Source: a virus. From it: a stretch of DNA of 64,000 bases. Below are positions 1 to 8,616 of this stretch, piece after piece (the first letter of the stretch is position 1; every line of letters starts with the position of its first letter). The notes below the pieces were generated by a model, which was not told where the DNA came from, ran no database searches, and saw nothing but the letters and a program-made list of their open reading frames with translations. The position numbers and the translations under genes are program-made. The stretch lies in IMG/VR virus record IMGVR_UViG_3300028581_000012; one strand, 5' to 3'.

Positions 1-16
1 CATAAAAAATTAAAAA

Positions 17-502
17 TTAAAGTGAATAAAAATAAAAATCTTTTGTATCGTCTGTTCTATGTAGGTCATATCCGTACTTTTTATACAAGTTTTGAGCCGG
101 ATGGTTTTCTCTGTGTGTAATTAGTGTGACGTAATCTAAACCACAATCTTTGGCCGTGTTATGTGCAGTATCAAGAAGTGTTTTAGAGTGTCCCTGACCT
201 CTATAGTTATCCATTACAAACAAGTCATAAAGATAAGAAGAATTATTGTCATTAAAAAAATCTTTATCACAATTTTTAACACACCATTCATCTTTGTTAT
301 TGAGTCTTGGAATGTCATAATCTAAATCATGTCCATTAGACATGGATATTAAATGAATATATCCAATAAGGTCACCATCAGGGGTTCTAAGTTCAATTCT
401 TTTTCCAAATTGGTCGTTTATTTCGCCAAAAAAGGATATATCATTTTGAACCTGTTCATACATCAGGTTTTTGATTCTTTTGACTTGTTCGTTAAGTTTC
501 AT
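17..502 (-). CDS. GNAT-family acetyltransferase with N-terminal leader
   Basis: Motif A 'LFVMDNYRGQGHSKTLL' and motif B 'ENHPAQNLYKKYGY'. Confidence 0.85.
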   Translation of the reverse strand: MKLNEQVKRIKNLMYEQVQNDISFFGEINDQFGKRIELRTPDGDLIGYIHLISMSNGHDLDYDIPRLNNKDEWCVKNCDKDFFNDNNSSYLYDLFVMDNYRGQGHSKTLLDTAHNTAKDCGLDYVTLITHRENHPAQNLYKKYGYDLHRTDDTKDFYFYSL

Positions 503-542
503 AATAATAAATATATTGTTATGAAAATAATTTATAAATTAG

Positions 543-615
543 TAGTCCCGTCAGGATTCGAACCTGAATCAAAGAGGTAGAAGCTCCTTATGTTAATCCA
601 TTACACTACGGGACC
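543..615 (-). tRNA. tRNA-Arg (anticodon UCU), CCA not encoded
   Basis: Cloverleaf: acceptor GGTCCCG/CGGGACT, anticodon arm AGGAG-CTTCTAC-CTCTT, T-arm TCAGG-TTCGAAT-CCTGA. Confidence 0.95.
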
Positions 616-622
616 ATATTAT

Positions 623-799
623 TTAAACCTTTTTAACTTCGTATCTGTGACCTGAATCTGAGTTGGTGTTGAAGATGTTGGTCATCTCTTGTGCCTTGTC
701 TTTGTTGTCGAATTCCCAAACCTCACCTTGTGTATCTAACATAATTACAGGAAAAACTTTATCCTCATGTGTTTTAACGTGTTTAATTATTACATACAT
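623..799 (-). CDS. small hypothetical protein (58 aa, MYVIIKHVK...), not in ORF track
   Basis: Translated by hand; TATATTTG promoter element just upstream (804-811). Confidence 0.7.
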   Translation of the reverse strand: MYVIIKHVKTHEDKVFPVIMLDTQGEVWEFDNKDKAQEMTNIFNTNSDSGHRYEVKKV

Positions 800-939
800 A
801 GAACAAATATATGAAACTTATATAAAAAAACAAACCCCCCAATTAAAAAAAGGAGGGTTCAATTAAATATTATAAATTTTTATAATCCTGTCTTATATTT
901 TTGGGTTGACCCACTATAATTTATTTTAACTTTTTCATA

Positions 940-1239
940 TTACATCCCAATAATTAATCCATCCAAATCAATTCCACCCATTCCTTTCTTTCTGTCTTCC
1001 ATTTCATCATACATAAATGATTTAACTACAGATATAATGGATTGTTCAGATTGTGCAATTTTTGTTTCCATCCAATCTTCCAACTGTTCACCTTCTTCCA
1101 TCATTTCCCACATTTTGTGAGCCAAAGTTGCAATTGTGAAAAGTTGTTGTTTTGCCATATAAGAACCTCCATCATGATTTTCATGAAGAGATTGTTTGAT
1201 TTTTTCTAATTGAGATTCTGTGATTATAATTTTAGACAT
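940..1239 (-). CDS. hypothetical protein with IIITESQL leader (putative head protein)
   Basis: ORF track; leader motif shared with other genes in window. Confidence 0.7.
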   Translation of the reverse strand: MSKIIITESQLEKIKQSLHENHDGGSYMAKQQLFTIATLAHKMWEMMEEGEQLEDWMETKIAQSEQSIISVVKSFMYDEMEDRKKGMGGIDLDGLIIGM

Positions 1240-1240
1240 A

Positions 1241-1729
1241 TTAATAAGATTTTACAATTTCAATGAATCCTTCGTTTATTCCTTTCATTTGTTCAATAGC
1301 TTGTAAATAAGCATACATGGCGTTTTCTAAATTATCGAGTCTATCGGCAATATCTTGTCCTCTTCTTTTTTTATTTAACTTATTAACTCTATTTTGAAGT
1401 TTTTCTTTATTTGCCTCATCATATAATAAAGCTAAATCATTTTCTAAATCAACTAATTGTTTTTGCATATTTTTTGCTCTATTTCTAACTCTAGCATATG
1501 CAGCTTCTAAAGCCGGACTCATCATTTCACCGCCATAAAAAATTGCACCAATGTTTTGACCAAATGTTTTAAATCTACTAAAAAAACCAACAGTGTTTGC
1601 TTTTAATCTATCCCACATACCTTCATTAATAGTTGTTTGTTCAAAACGATTAAAACTTTCTTGAATAAATCTTTTTTCAACAAGTTTATTTGATTCTTGC
1701 ATTTTTCTAATTTTAGTGTAACTTTTCAT
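1241..1729 (-). CDS. hypothetical coiled-coil protein (putative internal head protein)
   Basis: ORF track; 'INEGMWDRLK' motif. Confidence 0.65.
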   Translation of the reverse strand: MKSYTKIRKMQESNKLVEKRFIQESFNRFEQTTINEGMWDRLKANTVGFFSRFKTFGQNIGAIFYGGEMMSPALEAAYARVRNRAKNMQKQLVDLENDLALLYDEANKEKLQNRVNKLNKKRRGQDIADRLDNLENAMYAYLQAIEQMKGINEGFIEIVKSY

Positions 1730-1750
1730 TTTTACATTTTTTTATTTTTA

Positions 1751-2122
1751 TTACCACGTTCTACATGCCCAATATCTTGGTTTCCATCTTGGGCCTGGGT
1801 TATCACAATTATGTCTTGCCCTAAATGAACGTCTTCTTTCCGGATTGTTCTTTTTAATAACCATTCTTTTTCCTTTTGCAGATTTACCACCAAAACCAAA
1901 ATTTACTTTAACAACCTTTCCTTTGTCGTTTTTGACATACACTTTGAACTTCTTGATGTCTCCTTGCATGATTTTACCGAGTTGAACTTTTCTTCCTTGA
2001 TACTCGGCTTCTTGTAGGTAGTTTACAGGCTCAACTGAACCATAGATGTCTTCATAAATAATATTTGACTGAATGAATTCTTCAAACAAAACTTTTTTTA
2101 TAATTGAGTTAATATTTCTCAT
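1751..2122 (-). CDS. conserved phage protein (basic C-terminal domain seen in T4-like/jumbo phages)
   Basis: 'KFKVYVKN..VVKVNFG..NPERRRSFRARHNC..RYWACRTW'; start moved to MRNINS, just downstream of TATTTAT. Confidence 0.75.
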   Translation of the reverse strand: MRNINSIIKKVLFEEFIQSNIIYEDIYGSVEPVNYLQEAEYQGRKVQLGKIMQGDIKKFKVYVKNDKGKVVKVNFGFGGKSAKGKRMVIKKNNPERRRSFRARHNCDNPGPRWKPRYWACRTW

Positions 2123-2142
2123 ACCTATAAATATCATATAAA

Positions 2143-2170
2143 CAAAAAAAGGTGAAGTCTCCTTCACCTT
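2143..2170 (-). terminator. intrinsic terminator
   Basis: AAGGTGAAG/CTTCACCTT hairpin followed by U-tract on minus strand. Confidence 0.7.
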
Positions 2171-2235
2171 AATTTTGGGTCAACACGGTTCGTGTCAACA
2201 TCTCTCCACCACTTTGTTTTTATAGAACAAAGAAA

Positions 2236-2502
2236 CTATCCCTCTAACTTGGATTTAGCAACAACAACTTCCGCCATTGATACTTCTTTATTTGTTCCCA
2301 AAATTAACGATTCTTTTAACATTGCAAACGGTATATGGATTAAAAAATCCTTGCCGTTGAAGGTCGTAAAATCTTCTTTCAAGGATAGGGACGCATGAAC
2401 CATATTCAAAAATATTTTGAACTGGATTTCATCCACAAAAGTTTCATTTAGAATTTCACCGTGTTTTGGGTGAACAAGAAGTACGTTTTTTACTGTTGCC
2501 AT
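2236..2502 (-). CDS. hypothetical protein
   Basis: ORF track; start moved to MATVKN after TACATTTG element (2510-2517). Confidence 0.7.
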   Translation of the reverse strand: MATVKNVLLVHPKHGEILNETFVDEIQFKIFLNMVHASLSLKEDFTTFNGKDFLIHIPFAMLKESLILGTNKEVSMAEVVVAKSKLEG

Positions 2503-2545
2503 ATGTTTACAAATGTAATTGTTTTTTTTTAATAAACCAAATTTT

Positions 2546-2974
2546 TTATTCAATTATCCATTTAATTTTTGATACAGTAAGGTCTTCATAAACATTCATA
2601 TATTTCAATTCATTATGAATGTAAGTGGTAATTGCATCCCTATATCTTCGGTTCATTCTTTTGACTCCATTAATAAAATCTTGTCTGATATACCAACCGG
2701 AATGTTCGTATTCTTCCATATACTGGCTATTTTTGACATCAATTTCAACATCAACTTCATAAACAAATTCTCTTTGATGCCAAGCGTAACCATTTTGGTA
2801 TTTTCTAATTGAAGTAATTTTTATGGTTGAATTTATTAAAACTCCCCATGAATCAATATACCTATAAGGATGAGGATAACCATTAGTTTTTATTTCTAAG
2901 GTTTTAACATATTTTTTTATAAACTTGATGTCTTTATCTTTAAGTGCGTATCCTGTTTTATATTTGTTTTCCAT
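2546..2974 (-). CDS. hypothetical protein
   Basis: ORF track; TATATTTG element at 2979-2986. Confidence 0.65.
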   Translation of the reverse strand: MENKYKTGYALKDKDIKFIKKYVKTLEIKTNGYPHPYRYIDSWGVLINSTIKITSIRKYQNGYAWHQREFVYEVDVEIDVKNSQYMEEYEHSGWYIRQDFINGVKRMNRRYRDAITTYIHNELKYMNVYEDLTVSKIKWIIE

Positions 2975-3005
2975 ACAACAAATATACTAAAAAAAATTAA
3001 TTGCA

Positions 3006-3036
3006 CAAAAAAATGGATAAGAAAAAACTTATCCAT
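3006..3036 (-). terminator. intrinsic terminator downstream of large ncRNA
   Basis: ATGGATAAG/CTTATCCAT 9-bp stem followed by T-run on minus strand. Confidence 0.75.
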
Positions 3037-3064
3037 CAAATTTTTTACCGGTGGCTCCATTAAA

Positions 3065-3895
3065 AAAAACGTTGAGATTACACGTTTGTTGTGAGAACCT
3101 TTAGAGTCATTATTGTTTCTACTCCTATCCACTTTCTTTTGGAAAGTATTTCTCAGTGACGGTCTTTTAGGTTTACCACTCCTTGAGGTTTGAATTACTC
3201 TCATCTTACTTGACTCTTTTTGAGGATGCCTCCCCAATTCGTCCTTGCGGGACTAAAGGTTTTTTGGATAATTACACGTCAGCTTGGGGCCTTCGTGTGC
3301 AATGAACGGCTCATTACTATGTAGTCACCTTTCATCCAAACCTGACGGACACTTTTCCTTAATTTATTTTTAATTGTTATTAATCATAATAATAAGTTTT
3401 TGTGTTGTGGATTGTCGAAGTAGTGGTCCGCCACCCGAGATGACCTATCTTTTGAACAAGTCAATACTCAACTACTCCGTGAGATATCCCTACCTCCATA
3501 TTTCAAGACTACTTCGTGATAGACCTCTTGGTAGAGGTTAATCAAGGTTAATAACGACACCACTCGTACTTTAACATACCTTTCGGTTTTAAGTATCCTT
3601 TAATATTGGAAAACGCAATAATGAAATTGGATAACTTCATGTTTTGCAAATATTCCTACGGGTTATTCCTATTGGTGTTCCCACCTCAAACAGACGACCC
3701 ACATCGCCTAATCACCTAACCACTTTCCCTACAGCGTTGCCCTCGGTACTAAAGGTTAAACGGTATCCCGCTTGTGTACTCGACCTCGATTGTCCAAAGA
3801 CAACCAAGACGCAAACCATCTAACACAAATGATTCACTTTATCCCACTTTCGTGGTTTATTTTAATGGACCATACACGGCCCATTGAACTCTTCG
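3065..3895 (-). ncRNA. large (~830 nt) structured ncRNA, GOLLD-like
   Basis: No credible ORF and raised GC; GNRA hairpins (CCAC-GAAA-GTGG 3844-3855, ACC-GAAA-GGT 3578-3587, CC-GCAA-GG 3241-3253); long-range 9-bp pairing 3416-3424/3508-3516; AGTAG motifs; AT-rich central linker; boxA upstream and terminator downstream. Ends approximate. Confidence 0.65.
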
Positions 3896-3966
3896 TTTCA
3901 TAAACTTTAAAGAAAAGGGGGTTAATCTTTTATTTCAAATTTTATATGAACAATTTGTTCGTTAGA

Positions 3967-3978
3967 ATTTCAAAGAAC
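3967..3978 (-). promoter_or_regulatory. boxA-like antitermination element (GTTCTTTGAAAT)
   Basis: Resembles rrn-leader boxA; lies between promoter and large ncRNA. Confidence 0.5.
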
Positions 3979-4172
3979 GAATTAATGATATAACTATTGC
4001 GGTAATATGTTACACTTACACTTTAAATGTGAAGGACTTCTGCTTTGTTTCATACAGTTAAATGTTTGTCCCGTAGTCACTTTCCTCACATACAACAGTA
4101 GCCCTACGGACCTAGACTGTTTTAATCATCAATATTTCAATTTTTTATTTCGGACGTTTCCGATTTGTTTTA

Positions 4173-4203
4173 CAAATTTAAGACATTTATTTCAATCTGT
4201 CAA
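4173..4203 (-). promoter_or_regulatory. strong promoter TTGACA-N17-TAAATTTG (Bacteroidota-type -7)
   Basis: Minus strand TTGACAgattgaaataaatgtctTAAATTTGtaaaacaa. Confidence 0.7.
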
Positions 4204-4220
4204 GTAATTTGTGAACTTTT

Positions 4221-4364
4221 TTAAACATTTTCTACAAAAACTTTTATAGTTCCATAGAATTTAGCTCTTACACTTGCAAAGACTTCATTTGAAGTATAAA
4301 GTTTTCTTCCTTTATCATCAAAGTAAAAAAAAATCTCTGTAGTGATGATTAAATCTTCACTCAT
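4221..4364 (-). CDS. small hypothetical protein (47 aa, MSEDLIITTEIFFYFDDKG...), not in ORF track
   Basis: Translated by hand; lies downstream of promoter at 4413-4443. Confidence 0.6.
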   Translation of the reverse strand: MSEDLIITTEIFFYFDDKGRKLYTSNEVFASVRAKFYGTIKVFVENV

Positions 4365-4412
4365 AATTTTAATTTTTCAAATTATACAAAGGGTCGTTTC
4401 CCAATTGTTTTA

Positions 4413-4443
4413 CAAATTTAAAACTAATATTCTGATTTGTCAA
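4413..4443 (-). promoter_or_regulatory. second copy of TTGACA-N17-TAAATTTG promoter
   Basis: Minus strand TTGACAaatcagaatattagtttTAAATTTGtaaaacaa; near-duplicate of 4173-4203 including downstream GGAAACG. Confidence 0.7.
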
Positions 4444-4548
4444 ACAAAACAATAAAAATTTTTTGATTTTTTTGTAATAAATATAAATATATTATACTTC
4501 ATCAAAAGTTTTATTGTTTTTAAATTTTTTTTCAAATATTTATATAAT

Positions 4549-4905
4549 GTGAAAATTTTAGTTAACGATAACGTTTTTAATTGTAAAGTTGCGGCAAACT
4601 CCGAGTCCATTCAAAAAGGTATGATGGGTAAAAAGTTTGATAGTAATTTTGATGGTATGTTGTTTATGATGCCAGATAAAAAAAATCAAACGTTTTGGAT
4701 GTACGATTGTTTAATTCCTTTAGATATTATTATGATTGATGGAAATGTAATAACAAAAATTAATCATAACTGCCCTCCTTGTAATGACCAAAAAAATTGT
4801 GAAATGTTTGAGGGATTTGGAAATATTGTTTTAGAATTGGATGGGGGTATTTGTAAAGAATTGGGAATAAAAGAAGGTGATAGAATTAAAACTTCCTTAT
4901 TTTAA
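4549..4905 (+). CDS. DUF192 family protein
   Basis: 'KGMMG..DGMLF..FWM..CLIPLDIIMID..VLELDGG..GIKEGD' pattern. Confidence 0.85.
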   Translation: MKILVNDNVFNCKVAANSESIQKGMMGKKFDSNFDGMLFMMPDKKNQTFWMYDCLIPLDIIMIDGNVITKINHNCPPCNDQKNCEMFEGFGNIVLELDGGICKELGIKEGDRIKTSLF

Positions 4906-5036
4906 TTTTTATCAATTTTTCTTTGTAGAATATCAATAAATTTATTTCTCATATCAATTACTAAATCATTTATATTTCTAATACCAGATTCTGAAATAAG
5001 AAAATTTAGTTGATTTTCTGTGATGATGATTTTCAT
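4902..5036 (-). CDS. 44-aa protein consisting mainly of IIITENQL leader (possibly a remnant)
   Basis: Translated by hand: MKIIITENQLNFLISESGIRNIN... Confidence 0.55.
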   Translation of the reverse strand: MKIIITENQLNFLISESGIRNINDLVIDMRNKFIDILQRKIDKN

Positions 5037-5117
5037 ATTAATGAATACCTTGTAAAAATAGAACTTAGTCTTTGTTTTATGTTATGTAATATATTTATCT
5101 AATAAATTGAATAATTT

Positions 5118-5723
5118 ATGAAACTTTTACTCGAAAAAGAATTGTATCTCATAAAAAAAATGATGGGTATAATATTAGAAGAAGAAGACCCAAAAACAGA
5201 AGAAGAGTGCGATAAAAAAAGAGATACCGGTACTAATTGTTATTGGGCTTACAAAAAAAATAAATGTATAACTTGCCCTGAAGGTCAACGTTTGAGTTAT
5301 CCATCGGAAGAATGTAGTTCATGTGACCCTGATGATGAGGTATTTGTACCAGGATTTGGTTGTGAAAAAATTTGTGATGATGACGAATATTTTAATAAGG
5401 ACAGTGGTGAATGTGAAAAAATACCACCAGGTAAATTTTATGATGGTAACCAATTACGTGATATTGACGAAGATATTTTAAAATTTTGGGATTTAGAAAA
5501 TGAAAAAAGAGAAAAGGAAGGTAAATCAATATTAAATCCTTACGAAAAACCTGAAAGCGAAGAAGACAGGGAGGATTGGGATGAGATTTTTAAAATGGCA
5601 AACTTTTTTGTGAATGAAGACAGGATTAACGGTAAAGAAGAGAAAATATCAATCAGAAAATGGAACAAACAGACGGAGAACTGTTTGAACAATAACACTC
5701 GCCCACCAGAGTTTCCATTATAG
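5118..5723 (+). CDS. cysteine-rich repeat protein with N-terminal leader
   Basis: C..C(P/D)xxx repeats: CITCPEGQ, CSSCDPDDE, CEKICDDDE, CEKIPPGKF. Confidence 0.65.
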   Translation: MKLLLEKELYLIKKMMGIILEEEDPKTEEECDKKRDTGTNCYWAYKKNKCITCPEGQRLSYPSEECSSCDPDDEVFVPGFGCEKICDDDEYFNKDSGECEKIPPGKFYDGNQLRDIDEDILKFWDLENEKREKEGKSILNPYEKPESEEDREDWDEIFKMANFFVNEDRINGKEEKISIRKWNKQTENCLNNNTRPPEFPL

Positions 5724-6566
5724 CTTTTCGTTTTTAATTTCTTTTATTGTTTTAAAATATTCAACTCTTGTTTTTGCAACTTCACAATAGTTTGGTGATA
5801 GTTCTATTCCTAACCATCTTCTACCTAAAACTTCAGCCGCCACCAAACTGGTACCACTTCCTGCGAAGGGGTCTAATACTATATCGTTTTTGTAGGATAA
5901 TATCTTAATCGCCTTAGTTGGTATGTCCATCGAGAACGTAGCCTTGGTGAGTGACTTAGTATCTGCAAAGTAATTCCACTGACCAAACACAAGTTCCATA
6001 AACTCTTTCTTATCTTGTTCTTCATACACCACTTTTTTCTTAAAGGTTCCGTCTTCTTGTTCAATATCAGTTGGGACTCCTGTCCATTGCGGTTGTCCTT
6101 TGGTCAATTTTTTTGGACTATTTTTATAAGCTAGTATCAAACACTCTTTCGGGTTATATATGTATGGTTGACTACAATTCATCCATGAACCCCAAGCGGT
6201 AGTCTTACTTCTATGTGGAGAATCTTCAACTAAATCCACAAGACCGAACCATTTAAATCCTATAGATTTCATTACGTTCCATATTTCAGAAACTATAAAA
6301 ACTCGGCCACCTCGGTCTTTCAAATTAATCTCGAATGGGATATTTACGCAAATTCTACCATCATCTTTTAAAACTCTAAAAGCCTGTTCTAACCATTTCT
6401 TGGAAAATTCAAGGTATTCTTCCAAATTTGTATTATCATCGTAAACATCATAATTAATGTTAACTGAATATGGCGGGCTGGTTAAAACTAAATCTATTGA
6501 ATTTTCAGGAAGTATTTTCATTACTTCAACACAATCCCCATTTATTATTTTTCCTGTTTCTATCAT
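5718..6566 (-). CDS. site-specific DNA methyltransferase (N4/N6, beta class)
   Basis: TSPPY motif IV precedes 'VLDPFAGSGTS' motif I. Confidence 0.92.
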   Translation of the reverse strand: MIETGKIINGDCVEVMKILPENSIDLVLTSPPYSVNINYDVYDDNTNLEEYLEFSKKWLEQAFRVLKDDGRICVNIPFEINLKDRGGRVFIVSEIWNVMKSIGFKWFGLVDLVEDSPHRSKTTAWGSWMNCSQPYIYNPKECLILAYKNSPKKLTKGQPQWTGVPTDIEQEDGTFKKKVVYEEQDKKEFMELVFGQWNYFADTKSLTKATFSMDIPTKAIKILSYKNDIVLDPFAGSGTSLVAAEVLGRRWLGIELSPNYCEVAKTRVEYFKTIKEIKNEKL

Positions 6567-6567
6567 T

Positions 6568-6666
6568 TTAAAATATCATTTTTACTACTTCATAAACTAA
6601 TGTCCATACCATTGTCAACCAAACTATGGTAATTGTTGTTGCTACTATTCTATATCTTGTTTTCAT
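6568..6666 (-). CDS. small membrane peptide (32 aa)
   Basis: Translated by hand: MKTRYRIVATTITIVWLTMVWTLVYEVVKMIF; abuts neighbours. Confidence 0.5.
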   Translation of the reverse strand: MKTRYRIVATTITIVWLTMVWTLVYEVVKMIF

Positions 6667-6668
6667 TT

Positions 6669-7064
6669 TTATACCATATTAACTATTATTTGTGCCAATT
6701 TATAACCTGTAAATGCTCCTGCCGCCGCTGAGCCAGGTAATACTATAAATTTACCTAATATTGTGTCATACTTTTTCCTATTTACAATATAAGAAATGAG
6801 TATGTAATAAACAATATAGTTGATTAAAACCATAAAGTCCAGTTCTTTTGCAACAAATACAACAACTGAGTTTCCTAAAACCCCCCACATAAAATTTATT
6901 AGAGTTTCTCGAAGTAATTCGTTTGGTGTTGTTATTGCATCTAAGACATTAATCTCTCGATTCAGACTTGATTTTTTGTTCGATTGTTTCGATGTGGTGT
7001 TCGAGGTACCAGAGAGCTTTTCTGAGGTCCTCAAGTTCTTTATCTTTTCTTTTTTTTCCTGCAC
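6669..7064 (-). CDS. membrane protein (3 hydrophobic segments); start uncertain
   Basis: ORF track; hydrophobic C-terminal half. Confidence 0.6.
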   Translation of the reverse strand: MQEKKEKIKNLRTSEKLSGTSNTTSKQSNKKSSLNREINVLDAITTPNELLRETLINFMWGVLGNSVVVFVAKELDFMVLINYIVYYILISYIVNRKKYDTILGKFIVLPGSAAAGAFTGYKLAQIIVNMV

Positions 7065-7184
7065 GTGATATATATTTTACTGTGTTTCCTAAACTAAATC
7101 CTAATTCCCAAGCATCAATTACTTTGATTGCTTCATATGTATTTTCTTCCCTCCGTAGTGTTCAGGGTGATTAACTTGTTCCAT
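6949..7184 (-). pseudogene. DUF3310-like protein interrupted by 1-nt frameshift
   Basis: MEQVNHPEHYG then, in -1 frame, EENTYEAIKVIDAWELGFSLGNTVKYISRAGKK..EDLRKALWYL; shift at ~7150. Confidence 0.7.
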
Positions 7185-8305
7185 TATTCCTCTTCTCTAT
7201 ATTCTTTTAATAATTCATCAGCCGGTCTTGTTCCGTATTTACCATCAATATTTTTAATATCAACTTTAGAATTCATTTTCATTGTTATTTCCATAAGTTC
7301 TTCAGCAGTATTTAAAGATTTTAAAACTTGATTAACAACTCTATAAGAATCGGCATTTGATGCTGGTCTTCTATCTTCTAAATAACCTCTCCAATTTTCA
7401 GCAGTTGTTTTAGGAATTCTAATTGATGAGCCTCTATCCCCAACACCGTATGAAAACTTATCAATATTTTGTGTTTCGTGTTTACCGGTTAATCTCATAT
7501 TATTATTTGAACCATATTCTTTTATATGGTCTTCGTGTCTTGAACCAAACGTATTAAAAATAGATTGGAAGTATTCGTACCCACCTAAACTTCTCATTCT
7601 TTCATTTGAAAAGTTTGTATGCATTCCTGAACCATTCCAATCACCAGTAATTGGTTTTGGATGTAATACAATTTCATAGTTAAAGTTTTCAGACAATCTG
7701 TACAAGAAATATCTACTCATCCATAAATCGTCCGCAGCATTTAAACTACCTTTTGAAAATATTTGATACTCCCATTGTCCAAGAGCAACTTCCGCATTTA
7801 TACCGGTAATTTCCATACCATATAACATACATAAACGCATATGTTCTTCGGCAAAACTACGACCAACAACATTGTGACCAACACCACAATAGTATTTACC
7901 TTGAGGGTCTAATCTAAAACCAGTATCGTGTCCTAAAAATTCATTTGTTTTTTGGTTTTTAATAAAGTATTCTTGTTCAAATCCAAACCAAACATCACTT
8001 TGGTCTTCTATTTTTGACCTCATATTTGATTCGTGTGGTGTCCCGTCAGGATTTACAACTTCACATAAAACATAAACTCTACTATTTTCCAAAGGAAAAC
8101 TTTTTTGTGAGTAATATTTCACAGGTTTAAGAATCCTATCTGAGTTTTCAGTGTCAGCTTGCATTGTAGATGACCCATCAAACCCCCATTCAGGAAATTT
8201 AAACTCAATGGAGTTTAAATCCATTTCTTCAACTTTAACTTTACTTCTGAGGTTAGGTTCAGGTAAATAACCATCCAACCACACATATTCTAATGTAACT
8301 TTCAT
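7184..8305 (-). CDS. glnII: glutamine synthetase type II (auxiliary metabolic gene)
   Basis: EYVWLDG, WGFDGSST, FGFEQEY, NAEVALGQWEYQ, HPKP..GDWNGSGMHTNFS, RLTGKHET, YLEDRRPASN. Confidence 0.93.
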   Translation of the reverse strand: MKVTLEYVWLDGYLPEPNLRSKVKVEEMDLNSIEFKFPEWGFDGSSTMQADTENSDRILKPVKYYSQKSFPLENSRVYVLCEVVNPDGTPHESNMRSKIEDQSDVWFGFEQEYFIKNQKTNEFLGHDTGFRLDPQGKYYCGVGHNVVGRSFAEEHMRLCMLYGMEITGINAEVALGQWEYQIFSKGSLNAADDLWMSRYFLYRLSENFNYEIVLHPKPITGDWNGSGMHTNFSNERMRSLGGYEYFQSIFNTFGSRHEDHIKEYGSNNNMRLTGKHETQNIDKFSYGVGDRGSSIRIPKTTAENWRGYLEDRRPASNADSYRVVNQVLKSLNTAEELMEITMKMNSKVDIKNIDGKYGTRPADELLKEYREEE

Positions 8306-8484
8306 TTTATTTTATTTATGTAATTTATTATTTGTTCTTTTTTTACTCCTTTTTTATACAAGTTATAGACTTGCATAGAAAAATTGTCGGTACACACAAT
8401 AGCATCCGCTTTTAAGTAGTTTTCAAGATTATGTAGATTATTAAGTATATTTTCTTTTTTTAATACTCTTTTATTAAACCCCAT
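8302..8484 (-). CDS. small hypothetical protein (MGFNKR)
   Basis: ORF track; overlaps glnII start (ATGA). Confidence 0.6.
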   Translation of the reverse strand: MGFNKRVLKKENILNNLHNLENYLKADAIVCTDNFSMQVYNLYKKGVKKEQIINYINKIK

Positions 8485-8602
8485 TTTGTTTTTTTTCTTT
8501 AATGGTTAAATATAACTTTCTAACTTGATTACCTAACTCTGTATCGTTAGGGTATTTTTTTATTAAATTTTTTATTTCTTTAACTAATTCTTTTTTTTTC
8601 AT
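8474..8602 (-). CDS. small hypothetical protein (42 aa, 'YPNDTELGNQVR')
   Basis: Translated by hand; fills gap in operon. Confidence 0.55.
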   Translation of the reverse strand: MKKKELVKEIKNLIKKYPNDTELGNQVRKLYLTIKEKKQNGV

Positions 8603-8616
8603 ATTAGAAATATAAA

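Noticed and set aside
2175-2235. Small GC-richer hairpin (GACACG/CGTGTT) upstream of the terminator at 2143-2170
   Set aside because: Too short to separate from chance or a 3' UTR stabiliser without homologs.
2917-3237. 106-aa minus-strand ORF (and 4007-4207 plus-strand ORF)
   Set aside because: Runs through the structured RNA, its terminator and the next gene's promoter; atypical composition; better explained as ncRNA.
3065-3895. Large RNA as tmRNA, RNase P RNA or group I/II intron
   Set aside because: No tRNA-like ends, no recognisable RNase P P4 or intron core motifs, and it does not interrupt a gene.
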